Positions 22,151 through 33,789 of a DNA stretch of 64,000 nt are shown piece after piece. The stretch comes from Neoechinorhynchus agilis (Eukaryota > Animalia > Acanthocephala): the NCBI GenBank assembly GCA_051530055.1, contig CM121342.1:3158512-3222511 (forward strand), read 5' to 3'. The translations under genes and the position numbers were made by a program. The notes under the pieces are model-generated. The model was not told the origin of the DNA, searched no databases, and worked only from the letters and a program-made list of their open reading frames with translations. Position 1 is the stretch's first letter. Each line of letters opens with the position of its first letter.

Positions 22151-24720
22151 ACGCATGTTGCGTCCCAAATTAGACTCTTCCCTTCTTTCCAAGGGAAAAC
22201 GGTTATACCGTCGGGACGCTTACCATCCGAGCGACAGAGGTGATTGGGCTCCAGGATGGTTGGAACGTGGATCGAGTTCAGAGCTCTGCTAATGATCGCG
22301 TTGAGCTCTGCGTGCCTTGGGAAACGACCGCTCGATCTCTTGCAGTAGAGTCCATGTCTCCCGAGCACGTCAACTTTTATTCCACATCGGCACTGGCGTG
22401 GGGCACAGGTTGGAAGTCCTAAACGTAGAGCGACGGCTATTCGAACTGTCTCGTCGTCCAGCAAAGTTCCCAAAGTACCAATTGGCAAAACGTTCAACCA
22501 TGCGCCTGACTCCTTCGAGGAACTGGCCACAAGTCTAGCTTGAGACATCTCGTCCATCTGGCCTTTTAGTTTGTTGTGAGCAGTCAGGATTAAGGGTTTA
22601 TCCCAAGCAGATTGTTCGTGCGCGTTGGTTGGAGCTTGTTGCAGACCGGTCTGCGAGAGCCATGATGTGACTCCCTGTTTCAATAGTTTGCATGGCTTCG
22701 GCATTCTGTTTAAAAGAATTTCCCCCTGTAATTCCTCCGTCTTGTGCATCGAGGATACGAATACCGGAAGGGCCAAACCAGCCACACTTCGTAAGCCTAA
22801 ACCTCCGTATTTGATCGGAAGGGCAGCTTGTTGCCAAGCTTCATCAGTGATGGCGCAGTTCGTTACCTTCTCAAGATGCTTTTTCATCAAACCATCTAAG
22901 TCAAGGAGACGTTTGGTGTGTCGGAAGTACGGGGCTGCTCTCATCTTGAACATAAGCTTCGGTATGTATAGGCAGTTCCTCACCAAGAAGAGAGCTTCGT
23001 GTGCATTCAATTCTTGAACGCGGGAGCACAAAATATCCAGTTTAGGGAGCTCTTCTTCAATCTCGCGATCTATGTTCGCATCCAGGACGCAACTGCCGAG
23101 AAGAGTGAAGCTTTGCCGGTTGATTAATCGGATTCCTGGGGCAACGGATTCGAAGGACTGCATTATATCCGCCATGTGAGAATGTGAAATATTTAGTGGC
23201 AATAGTTCACACTTCGCGGGGTTGACACGTAAGCCCAATTCCGCAGCAGAAACAAGCAGGGATTGCAGGTCTTCTAGAACCGTCTTTGGGTCACCGCCCA
23301 ATGTCGCGTCATCCAAGTACCAGACGTTCAAACTTGCCTTGAGCTTACGAGATATTCCATTGGTTGTTAAGGAAAATCCTATGGGGCCGAGAGGATCGCC
23401 TTGTTGCAGGCCTGTTTCGGACCAAATGGTGTGCTCGTTGAAATGTAGAGGTGTCTTAGAACCATACGCCTTCACAAAGTATTCATAGGCTTCAGGTAAT
23501 TCTCGAGCAATGGTACTTAGCAAGGCTGTTCGATCGACTGTATTAAAGGCGTTCGAAAAATCGACTTTTAGGACAACCGTTGGGGTGGCAGAGGCGTCGA
23601 TATAGGTACGTGTGGAGTGCACTATCGTTTCTGCTCCACATGGAGTACAGCAACCCAACTGAAAAGGTCTGAGTTGCTCACTTACCCTTTCGCTCAGTCG
23701 CTTACACAAAATCTTCCCTGCCAAACGTCTTAGAGTGCAGCCCACAACTATCGGACGAATATCTCTGTTTGATTTGGAAAGGGCACAAAGAGATGCCGAG
23801 AATAGAAAATTCGTTGCTTGAAGTGGGAGAGGTCCATTTATGATTTCATCGACCACATTAACGAGTTCGGTTTCGAGCTTCATTCCCATCACTCCCGTTC
23901 CAAATCCCAACATATCCTTGATGTGTTGGGGTCGAAGTCCGTCGGGTCCATGTCCCGACCCATTGGGGAACGAGGATACAGCACATCTAAGTTCCTCCCG
24001 CGTGCACCTCGTCGATTGACGCGACTTTTCCGGTATCGGGGGCAAAATCGGTGGCAAAGCTGAAGGATGCTTACTTCTCAACGCCTCCAGTGTCGAGCGG
24101 TCGTTGTCCGCAAACGTAGCTGTGGAACTGAGTAACCTGATCGCTCCACGGACATCTGCGTCTGTCAATTTGGCAGAAATCCTATTACTCAAATTATAAG
24201 GACGGCCGAAGGGTCCTTCTGGACGTTTCTTGGCAAGAGTTTGATTATTGTAACTTTTCGTCACAGCCTCCTCAAAAAGTCGATCAAAATTGGTTATCCG
24301 CTGCTTGATAGTGGTCGTGAAGCTGGACTCGGGGTCACGGCTAGTACTCAGAACCAATTTTGGAAAGGCGAATAAACGTGAATAGTTTGTATTCGTCGGT
24401 TCAGATAGGCAGTTTGCCAGCAGCTTCGAGAACATTTCACAGCAGCTATTCCTGGCTCCTTTTGGAATCCTCTTCAAGACCGTTTTTGGAAGATATTGTA
24501 AGAGGCGCTTCATCACATTTTGAGTTTCGAGACTGTCGATGATAAGATCCAGGGCATCGAGATCGTACCGGGCCATGTTTTCGAATGAGCCCACTTATCG
24601 TCACGCCTATGACACGATCGCATACAGTACAGCGAGTCGAAATCGAGGGCGAAATGGGCGGAGAGAAGAGATCTGCCTCCATTACTGAGGACTCACGGAT
24701 TGTTTGCAAGTTTTTTCAAC
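22150..24720 (-). mobile_element. CRE-clade non-LTR retrotransposon family A (N-terminal Zn motif, RT, CCHC, RLE), near-intact but 3'-truncated
   Basis: 863-aa ORF with IRPIVVGCTLRRLAGK, QLGC, DFSNAFNTVDR, GLQQGDPLGP, WYLDDATLGG, QAALPIKYGGLGL, CRCG..VDVLGRHGLYC, RPDG..WDATC; upstream CTVC..HGP..RCPGS in another frame (one frameshift near 24590). Confidence 0.93.
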
Positions 24721-25006
24721 TTAATTGAACCGAGAAGAGTATTTGTTGGATGGATAAATAGACGGGCTTATTAAAGAAAAGGTGACCCAATATGAATATA
24801 GTCCAAGAGCAGATTCACTTATGCGTTCAGCAATATTGATTGGCGCAGAGCAAAGAATAGCGTAGGGTTGCGAGTTCGGAAATCTGGACAGGTACTTGAT
24901 TGCTTTAAAGCCGCGGGTCTTTTCTATTTCGCCAGGCTAAACATTAGAAACGTTACTGTTCTTGATTTATTGTTTGTAAGTGTTTACGACGTTGGATCGT
25001 GTTCCA

Positions 25007-27837
25007 CTGATATTTGCTTTCCGAAAAATGTATACAAGAAGATGTTGATTTTATAGGAACTTTATCCTACATTGAGGATGCAGAACGATTAATTAGCGGA
25101 GGCATTTAAATTGACGGCAGCTCAATGGAAGTATTCGAAGTAATACTCAAATCAGATCGATCGCTTAGTGGAAGTTAAAATGAACCAGCGCTCAACAATC
25201 ATCGGTACAAATGAAGAGGCTATAAAAGCATTGCAAGAAAGGTTCCACTTGGTGATCGTAGTTCCCGATGAAGACGCAGAGCAAACGCATAATCGATTTA
25301 TCGTCAGGGGCTTAATCTCGACCAGTGCTCGAAGGCGGTCGAAGAAATAAAAATAAAATGGAATAGATTTCGACGGCAAGAACGCAAAGAAAAAATCCGG
25401 GAAATTCATCAAATCGATCGTTTGATGGAAGTTAAAATGAACCAGCGCTCAACAATCATCGGTACAAATGAAGAGGCTATAAAAGCATTGCAAGAAAGGT
25501 TCCACTGGGTGATTGTTGCTTCCGATGAAGTAGCAGAGCAAACGGATAATCAATTTATCTTTGGGGGCCATCACCGGATCAAATTGATTGCTTGATGGAA
25601 GTTTAAATTAACCAGGGCTCAACAATCATCGGTACAGATTAAGGGGCTTAAAAAGCATTGGACGAAATGTTCCACTTGGTGATTGTTGCTCCAGATGAAG
25701 AAGCAGAACAAACGGTTAATCAATTTATCTTTGGGCAGTCACCGGATCAAATCGATCGCTTAATGGAAGTTTAAATGAACCAGTTCTCAACCATCATCGG
25801 TACCGATGAAGAGGCTATGAAAGCATTGGACGAAAGGTTCCACTTATTGATTCTTGTTCCCGATGAAGAAGCCGAACAATCGGATTATCAATTTATCTTT
25901 GGGGGACATCACCGAATCAAATCGATCGCTTGATGGAAGTTTAAATTAACCAGGGCTCAACAATCATCGGTACAGATGAAGAGGCTATAAAAGCATTGGA
26001 CGAAAGGTTCCACTTGGTGATTGTTGTTCTTAATGAAGAAGCAGTACAAACGGATAATCAATTAAGCGTTAGGTGGGCCTCGAAGGCGTACATGAAATTC
26101 TCTGTTAAATACTCAAAGGTTCCATCGCATTGTTCGAATAAATTCCTGCATACCAATTAAGTGTTTCGACAATAAAACAGAAATTTTCAAAAAACCTTCA
26201 GTTCAAAATCTGATCAGTTTCTCTTAAGGCCTTATTCTGTGATGCGTCAGGACTGGTTCGTATTTCTAGGAGTGTAGCTTGGAATATAACTCTGAAGATG
26301 TACACTCCGGTCGTTTGGTACTGCGGCGCAGGACCTGGTCAAGCAACTGTCTAAGAGATTGAGACGAATCACTGGTGATCGGAGATTATGAGCATTCCGT
26401 CTGAAAAACATAAGTCTGGTGGTGCAACGGGAGGGGAAACGCTGCATCCGTCCTTTCGACCGTTACATCAGGACGGCAACTGAGTGTGATGCAGAAGCAG
26501 TAAATACTTTTTGTTTCCACTAAAATTCAGTCCATATTAAAAGCTTGACCAATTATTACCTTACATTGTGAATCCCATTCCAGAACAGCGAGGACATTAG
26601 CTAGCATGTTGCGAGAAATGTGTGGAGCAGGATATGCATTGGTATAAGACATTATGATGGAAACGGAGATTGTGCCAAGAGCGGATACCTATACGTTTTC
26701 GGAATTAACGGACGGTATTATGGGAGTTTTGAAGTGTCGAGTTCCTTAAAAAATTGATGGCGCACGAGAATAAAGATTATAGAATGGTTTGCACGAATTA
26801 AGTATAAAATGGCCAGGATTAAGTCGCTGTTTAATCAAGATTCCCTCGATAATAATAAGACGTTTTTTGTTGAATTACAAGGAAAAGGACCCATATACCC
26901 TTTGGGCTCCTCGATAAATGAAGCTGGCTATTGATTTTGGCGTGGATTACGAGTCCGTTCGATTGAGAATATCCGGTTGGGTTGGAAGGTCCGTTCTTGT
27001 GGTAATTGGTGTTTATTGCTTGCAAAAGCGCTTGTAAGGTTAGTCTTTCCTCCGAATCATTTCAGGTTATGATATCCGAGAAAATTTGGCAGCATGAAAA
27101 AAGGAGCGTAGATTTAGGGAGGTGCGAGGTTAAGAGAGGGTGAAACGAATTAGGATTACGAGTGTTGTGTTCGTGTGAAAAGGAAGCGATATTTGGTAAA
27201 AATTATGGTAGTTGCATGGTCGATAGGCGTTTTGATTGTCTTATGAAAATAGCATCAAGGCATTCGGTGAGAGAGGAAAAGTCAGCTGTGCAAATTTTAG
27301 ATGCTCCTTTATGAAACATTTCAAGACGATAGGTTTGAGATTTGGAAAGGTTGCAAAATACGGGATAACCGTGGGTGAGGGAAGTGTAAGACAAAGCAGA
27401 ATTAAAATTTGTAGAGATCGGGTGAAAGGATTCCTAAATGTCGGAGGCGTTTGAGGAAATAAATTTTAATGGTGTTTAGCTCGAGGGAGAGAGCGATGTG
27501 CGAGTCCCATTCCAAATTTTATTGAAATTGGATACCCAGAATTCTTAGGGAGGTTACTCGTAGGATGTCATCTAGAAGCTCAGGGGATGATGTGGGGTTG
27601 CGGGGGAGAAAGGGGATCATTTCGAAGCATTTAAAGAAATTGAGATGGAGTTTGTGATTGGTGCAGAAATCTTTTATATGTGTGATTTCTTTAGAACTCA
27701 AGGAAAGGGAGAGGTGGGGTGGTAAATGGTTGATGAGGGTGATATCGTCGGTGTATAAGAAGAGTTTAGAGTAAGAGAGGTTTGAGGTTGTTTAGAAAAA
27801 TATTAAAGAGAAATGGAGACAGCACCTTGAGGTACGC
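25007..27837. repeat. Inverted copy of 6879-10770 (KH array, CRE-D fragment, CR1-group RT)
   Basis: Reverse-complement identity to left arm; KH array here (25140-26060) has fewer long units; CRE-D copy at ~26243-26505. Confidence 0.92.
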
Positions 27838-28275
27838 CTTTGGTTATGGATAGGCTGATAGAGGAGGTAGAACGGTAGTAAATGGATTGTTTGCGATTGT
27901 GAAGATAAGATTCGAGCCAGCGAATCTGCCACAAGTATAGACCAAAATCGGAGCAGGCCCGGAGTCGACTGAGTCGAAAGCTTTAGATAAATCAAGTTGA
28001 ATGAGATCGGTGACTTGAGAGGGATTATTGTCGAGGTTACGTAGGAGCGTGTCATAAATGCAAAGTAAGGAATCCGTTGCAGAAAATCTGAGCCGGAAGC
28101 CAAATTGTAGGGGCGATAACTTTTCATTGAGAAGTGAAAGAAGGCGAGATTTAAAGCATTTTTCGATGATTTTTGAAAGAGCAGGTAGAATGGAAATTGG
28201 ACGGAATGATTCGGCGGAAATGGGAGATTGATCTTTAGTAAACAAAGTCTTTACTTTAAGGTTGAGAAATGCCAT
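27060..28275 (-). mobile_element. CR1-group RT family 1, longer copy
   Basis: FRPISILPALSKIIEK, QFGFR, QLDLSKAFDSVD, TKGVPQG, YTDD. Confidence 0.88.
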
Positions 28276-28775
28276 GTCGAGTGCGGTGTAAAATAAAGCG
28301 TTTGTTTATACGCATCCGATAGCCTTCCGTTCAAAAAACGCTATGGTTCAAAAGATTCTTTTTATAAATCTTACATTATTTCATTTCAACGAAAAATCCA
28401 GCGGTTACGTTAAGTTTTGAGCAAAGAAATATTCTTCTAGTTTCGTAGACTAGAGATTTGGTAGATATGTTTAAATATAATTCGTTTGACTCGAAATTTG
28501 AGCTTGAATATAGATGGTAACTTATAAAAAAAATTCTTGTAACGTCGATAGACTGTTGATAATATCGATAAAAAAGACAAATATTCAAGTTTGAGTTATT
28601 AGTAAACGACAATTTTTGTGTTCAAACAGAAAAATATTAATGATTTTGAGTTAATGGAGCAACGGAAATTAAGTATTGAAGAAGCCAAAATGTTCGAAAA
28701 AATATGCCTGCCATCAAAGAATTACACGACCCAGACAACAAAATCCCAGTATTGAAAACCTCCCTTATTTTTCTG

Positions 28776-28935
28776 AACCCGCAATCTTCCTGTTAAACTG
28801 TTCTCGATCGCTGCTGCTATTAATTCAATGTTGGTGCGGTTGACTAATGGGCAGGGTTATTCATTTGATCGAAGACGGGAGAATATCGAAAGTGAGTTCA
28901 CATTGAACAGATCCGAATCGCTCAACTTATTTTTT
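28776..28935 (-). pseudogene. Forkhead gene fragment (helix 1 to LRV)
   Basis: Matches 13226-13385 with about four substitutions. Confidence 0.85.
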
Positions 28936-31190
28936 CCCTACACTCAAATCACCCCTTACTGCAGTGTCCACCCACGAATCCATTATCCCCGAACTACCCC
29001 ATCGGTCAACTCCCATCCCTTCTCTCTCCGCGCGGCTTCAACCCTCTCCGTCAGTGTCCACCCCTCATCTCCCTTCTAAACATTCCAATAATGTTTTATT
29101 CTAACATCCGCAGGATCCTCCCCAAACTGTATGAGCTCCATATAGTTGCATCTTCTTGCAATGCCGACATCCTTGTAATTACAGAAACATGGCTCTCACC
29201 CCGTAGCAAATTATCTGCTTTCCTACCAAACTTTCAAGCTTTTCACCTCACAAGGGACTTCCGAAACGGGGGGAGGCATATCGATCTTCATCCGCGCCTC
29301 ACTCCCTTACCATTGCTTTTCACCCTTCCTTTTCATCTCCGACGATCTTGAATGGCTTCACATCCAACTTCATCTCCTTCTCCGCAATGGCCGGGCGATT
29401 TTAACAAACTGCCGATCCCGCCCTCGCTCTCTCATCTTTCCCAACTCGTTACTTTCCCCACACGCTTCTCCTCCCGCCTAGATAAAATTTTCTCAAATAT
29501 CAGGCAATACTCGTGCACTACCAAACTCCCCCCGATCGCCTCGTCTGACCATTGTCCCATCCTTCTCTCCTCCTCATCACCTCAAAAACGTTTCTTTTCC
29601 GACCTCTACGTTTTCTGGGATAAACGTGATCATCATACACAATCCTTTGCTGCATGCGCCAATTCTCTTATCACGCAAAACCGCTCTACCATCGTTGGCC
29701 CCGACCCCTCGATTGCAATGGGATCTTTGTTAAATCTAATAGAATCTGCGATGAAGGCCTCCTTTCCTCGCAAAACAATACTAATCTCGAACCGCGACCC
29801 TCCATGGTTCTCGCCTTTTCTAAAAACCCTTCAAATCCAGGTCACCAAAGCTTTTCGGTCAAGTAATCCCTCTTACCCCTCCCTCCACTCCAAATTATTT
29901 TTCTCATCTCGTCTCTCGTCCGTTCCCAATCGAAATTGCACCGCTCTTGGTAGATCTACCCCCTTAGCATCTCTCCCAGTAGAAAGCTAAGGTTCGTTAT
30001 GTGCGTTAGATTATCGATAAGTTCCGGGATCTGACCCGCCCATTCATACATGCCCTTCCTTAGTTTCCCCTCTCGAAATCCTAGAGATCCTTAAACGCCT
30101 GCTTCGCCATTCTTCCCCTAATTCGACTATCCCAAATTGGGACATTCGTTTCATCATCCCAGAACTTATCGATCCTCTAACTCACATAACGAACCTTAGC
30201 TTTCTACTGGGCTCTTTCCCGTCGTGTCTTAAGGAAGCCCGGGTAGTCCCCCTACCCAAAAACGATAAGCCGATTTCCCCCACCTCCTTTCGTCCCATCC
30301 CTATCCTCTCACCTTTCTCTAAAATCTTAGAAAAATGTTTTAAAACCCGCCTACTTCCATTCTGCCTCAACACCATCTCCCCTTCCCAATTCGCTTTCCG
30401 TCCCAATTACTCTTGTTCTGACGCCCTCCTATGCATTTACGATACGCTTGTGCGCAGCTTAGATTCCAGTCCAGCATCAACCATCCGTCTCGTGCAACTG
30501 GATATTTCCAGGGCGTTTGAGTCGGTAGATCACTCCCTTCTCCTCCAATGATGTGCTTCCTTTGGCCTCCCAACCTGGCAACTCACTTACCTTCATCCCC
30601 TCACTCCCCCTACCAAATATTTTCTCTATGGAAATGACCTCACAGTCATAAATGCACAGGATATTTGGATTCTTCATTAGATCGCACTTTCTATTGATAA
30701 TCATTTAAACATTCACCACCTCCCACCAAATTCCAGCTTTTGTCCTTCCTCGACCGTCGCCATCACGCTGGCAGCATTGCCCCCTTACCATCGCATCTCT
30801 CTCCCTCTCCACAACCATGGACGAGATCAACCATCTCATTTCCTCGCTCTCCACCCTAAACCTCTCCCTAAATTTATCCAAATCTTTTGAGCTTGTCCCC
30901 CACATTTCCAAACGCAATCTTATCCCCGCGCCTCTCCCCATCCAACGTTCCTCTTCTCTCCGAATACTGGGCCTGACTTTACAAGAAAACCTTAAATGGG
31001 ATGCCCACATTTCATTGACCCTCTCTAAAACAAACCCTCGTCTTTACCTCCTCAAACTCCTCCGGCGTCTCGGCGTATCCCCTAAACATCTTGCCCACTT
31101 TTATCTTTCTGCCATCTTCCCTATCCTTACATACGCTTTCCCCACTTTCTTCGCCCTTTCCGCCAATGCTCTCCATTCCCATGGACAAAA
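28935..31190 (+). mobile_element. CR1-group non-LTR element family 2 (APE plus RT), degenerate
   Basis: ITETWL, GDFN, RLDKIFSN, SDHCP, PPWFSP, QLDISRAFESVD, RLYLLKLLRRLGV. Confidence 0.88.
30650..30784 (-). mobile_element. 135-bp insertion: 72 bp of CRE family C 3' end plus 63 bp unrelated tail
   Basis: 30713-30784 is the reverse complement of ~33600-33671; the site gtcat/taccatc is empty in the left arm (~19545). Confidence 0.8.
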
Positions 31191-33135
31191 GCATTCAGAA
31201 TGCCCTGGGCCGAAAATGTGTGCTATAGCGTGCGAAGTTCCGAGAAGCAATCAGTGATGGTATCGCAGTTTCTTCAAGAATTACTGCGGAAAAATCAATC
31301 GAATTTTGCAAAATCGATGGCTCCGGTACGCAAAGTGGAAATCCGCCTATCGTTAGTAAAAATGGGATTCTCATGTGTTGGGATAGTAGGAAGATTTCCC
31401 TGGCGTTGAAACGAAAGGTAGACCACGAGCTACAATGGCAAGTTGAGGCAGACGTACTTGAGAAGGTAGACGCTCTAAACGGACCGATTGAATGGGCTAC
31501 GCCGATCGTTGTGGTTACCAAAGCCAACGGAAATATTAGAACTTGCGTCGATTTTAGGGTCACTATCAATCAGTATCTCTGAGTTAACAGTTATTCGCTA
31601 CCAACATTGGAAAAAATAATGAGTAAAATAGCGAGTGGCGAGGTCTATTCCGGGCTCGACATAAATGAGGCATATCTGCAACTGCCCATAAGTCCCGAAT
31701 CAATGCCATATTTAACGATATCCACACCGCGAAGATTCTTAGAATTTAAGCGATTGCCTTTCGGTACCAGCTTGGCACCGGCCATCCTTCAACAATATAT
31801 GGACGATCTGCTGTAGGGAATTCCAATAGTTGCACTATACTTAGACGACGTACTGACCACTGGAAAAACACAAAGAGACAACCTCTCGAATTTATCTGAG
31901 GTACTGCACAGATTACAGGAAGTGGGATTAAAGTTGAATCGAGACAAATGTGTCTTCTTACAGGAGGGAATTGAATATCTGGGCCACGAACTACACCGAG
32001 ATCATGTACGACCAAGTGTAACAAAAATAAAAGCTATTTTAGTACTTCCCCGATCACGTAATAAAGGAAAGCTCAGGACATTTTTGGAAACGACAATTTT
32101 TTGCAAATGTTCATTCCAGGATTGCAATTTAAATGCCGAGAATTGCAAGGATTAACAAACAAGGAAAAAATGGGAGTGGGACACGAAGCAGGAGGAAGCT
32201 TTCCAAGAAGTGAGGGAATCATTGATGAATGCTCAAGTTCTTAAGACTTTCGATCTAAAAAGGGAAACTCGATTGTGATGTGACACAAGTGGAAAAGGCC
32301 TTGGAGCTGTTCTTATGCAGATACAAGATGATGGCAGACCATTTCCAGTAGCGTATGCATCGCGAACACTAAAGGGGCCAGAAATCAATTTATCTCAAAT
32401 AGAAAGGAAGGTTTGGCGATAATCTTTGCGGTTCGGAGATTCCATCCGTATCTGGCAGGTCGCAAGTTCGTCCTGTACAGCGACCATAAACCACTGAAGT
32501 ACGTCTTCGGAACAAATCGGAACTTGTCAAAGATGACAAATCAAAGATTGATCCGATGGGGAATAGAACTATCACAATACGACTACGTGCTAGAGTTTAC
32601 TATAGGAGAAGAGAATCAACTGGCCGACACCCTTTCTAGATTGACACCACGACGAACGACGAAATCGAATTTCACTTGATCCAAGAGCATACCATGAAGA
32701 ATATCAGATTCACGTTCGACGAAATTCGAAAAGCGACGGAATCGGACACGGAATTATGAACTGTTAAGCCATATCTTTCGAGGGGCTGGCCATCAGCGAT
32801 TCCAAATGAACTCAGCACATATTCTTCACGACGAAAAGAGCTTTCGGTCGAGGACGGAGTCTTGTTGTGGCTACAGCGTCTCGTGATTCTTCAAAGCCTC
32901 AGAAGTACAGTGCTCCATGTGTTACACTCTGGATATCCGGGAATAGCGGCCATAAGCGATCTTTCGCGTTTTTATTGCTGATGGCCATCAATACACGACG
33001 ACATCGAGCATAAGGTTGGGGTATCTTTAGACCGCCAGACCAAACGACCGAAGGTACCTGAAGCTCCCTTATACCAGTAGAATATTCCTGAACAAATTTG
33101 GGAAAGGATCCTCATGGATTTGGTTGATGCTTTCC
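31190..33135 (+). mobile_element. Ty3/Gypsy pol fragment, degenerate
   Basis: EWATPIVVV.KANGNIRTCVDFR, YLDDVL, IEYLGH, CDTSGKGLGAVL, YSDHKPL, NQLADTLSR, integrase H..GYPG...WERILMD. Confidence 0.9.
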
Positions 33136-33680
33136 GGCGACAAGCTCTCGTTTGCGTAAAGTCAGGAGGAAGGTTCTCACGCCATTCTGAAATCAATAAC
33201 GCAATTTCTCGGGCGTTGAGAACGGCGAACTTCCCGAGCATCCTGGAACCCTCCCACCTTTGTCAACAAGACGGCCGTAGGCCGGATGGAATTTCGGTCT
33301 TCCCGTGGCTGGAGGGCAAATGCCTTCTCTGGGACGCCACGTCCCTCGCAGTAAGCAACATTCCCTACTCTCTCGAAATCGCTGGAGGTGCAGCCAGTGC
33401 AGCGGAATGGACGAAGGTACGAAAATATAGGGAATTAGCAAGGGCTCAATATTTTGTCCCCTTCGGAGTAGAGACGTATGGAGCGCTCGGCAGCTCGGCA
33501 CTCTCTCTGCTCCAGGATGTCTCGAAGAAATTGAGAGAGGCAACCGGAGACTCAAGAGTAGGCGTATTCCTTCGACAAAATATCTCGCTGGCAGTACAAC
33601 GGAGCAATGCTGCCAGCGTGATGGCGACGGTCGAGGAAGGACAAAAGCTGGAATTCGGCGGGAGGTGGTGAGTGTGCTTC
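33135..33680 (+). mobile_element. CRE-clade family C, RLE domain and 3' end, stop-free
   Basis: ORF 33114-33671: RHSEIN, LEP, RPDG, WDAT, AEWTKVRKY, FVPFGVETYG, AVQRSNAASV. Confidence 0.9.
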
Positions 33681-33789
33681 AAACAGATTGTTTGAATTGT
33701 TAAAAATATTTATCTTTGAAAAAAAAGTAAATAAAAAACTCTTCAAATTCAAACGCAGCATTTGTTGGGACACGATTGTATTGTATTTC

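Noticed and set aside
24720-25007. Spliced-leader or snRNA gene as CRE target; kinase-like peptide
   Set aside because: No Sm site plus donor arrangement or convincing protein motif could be identified by eye.
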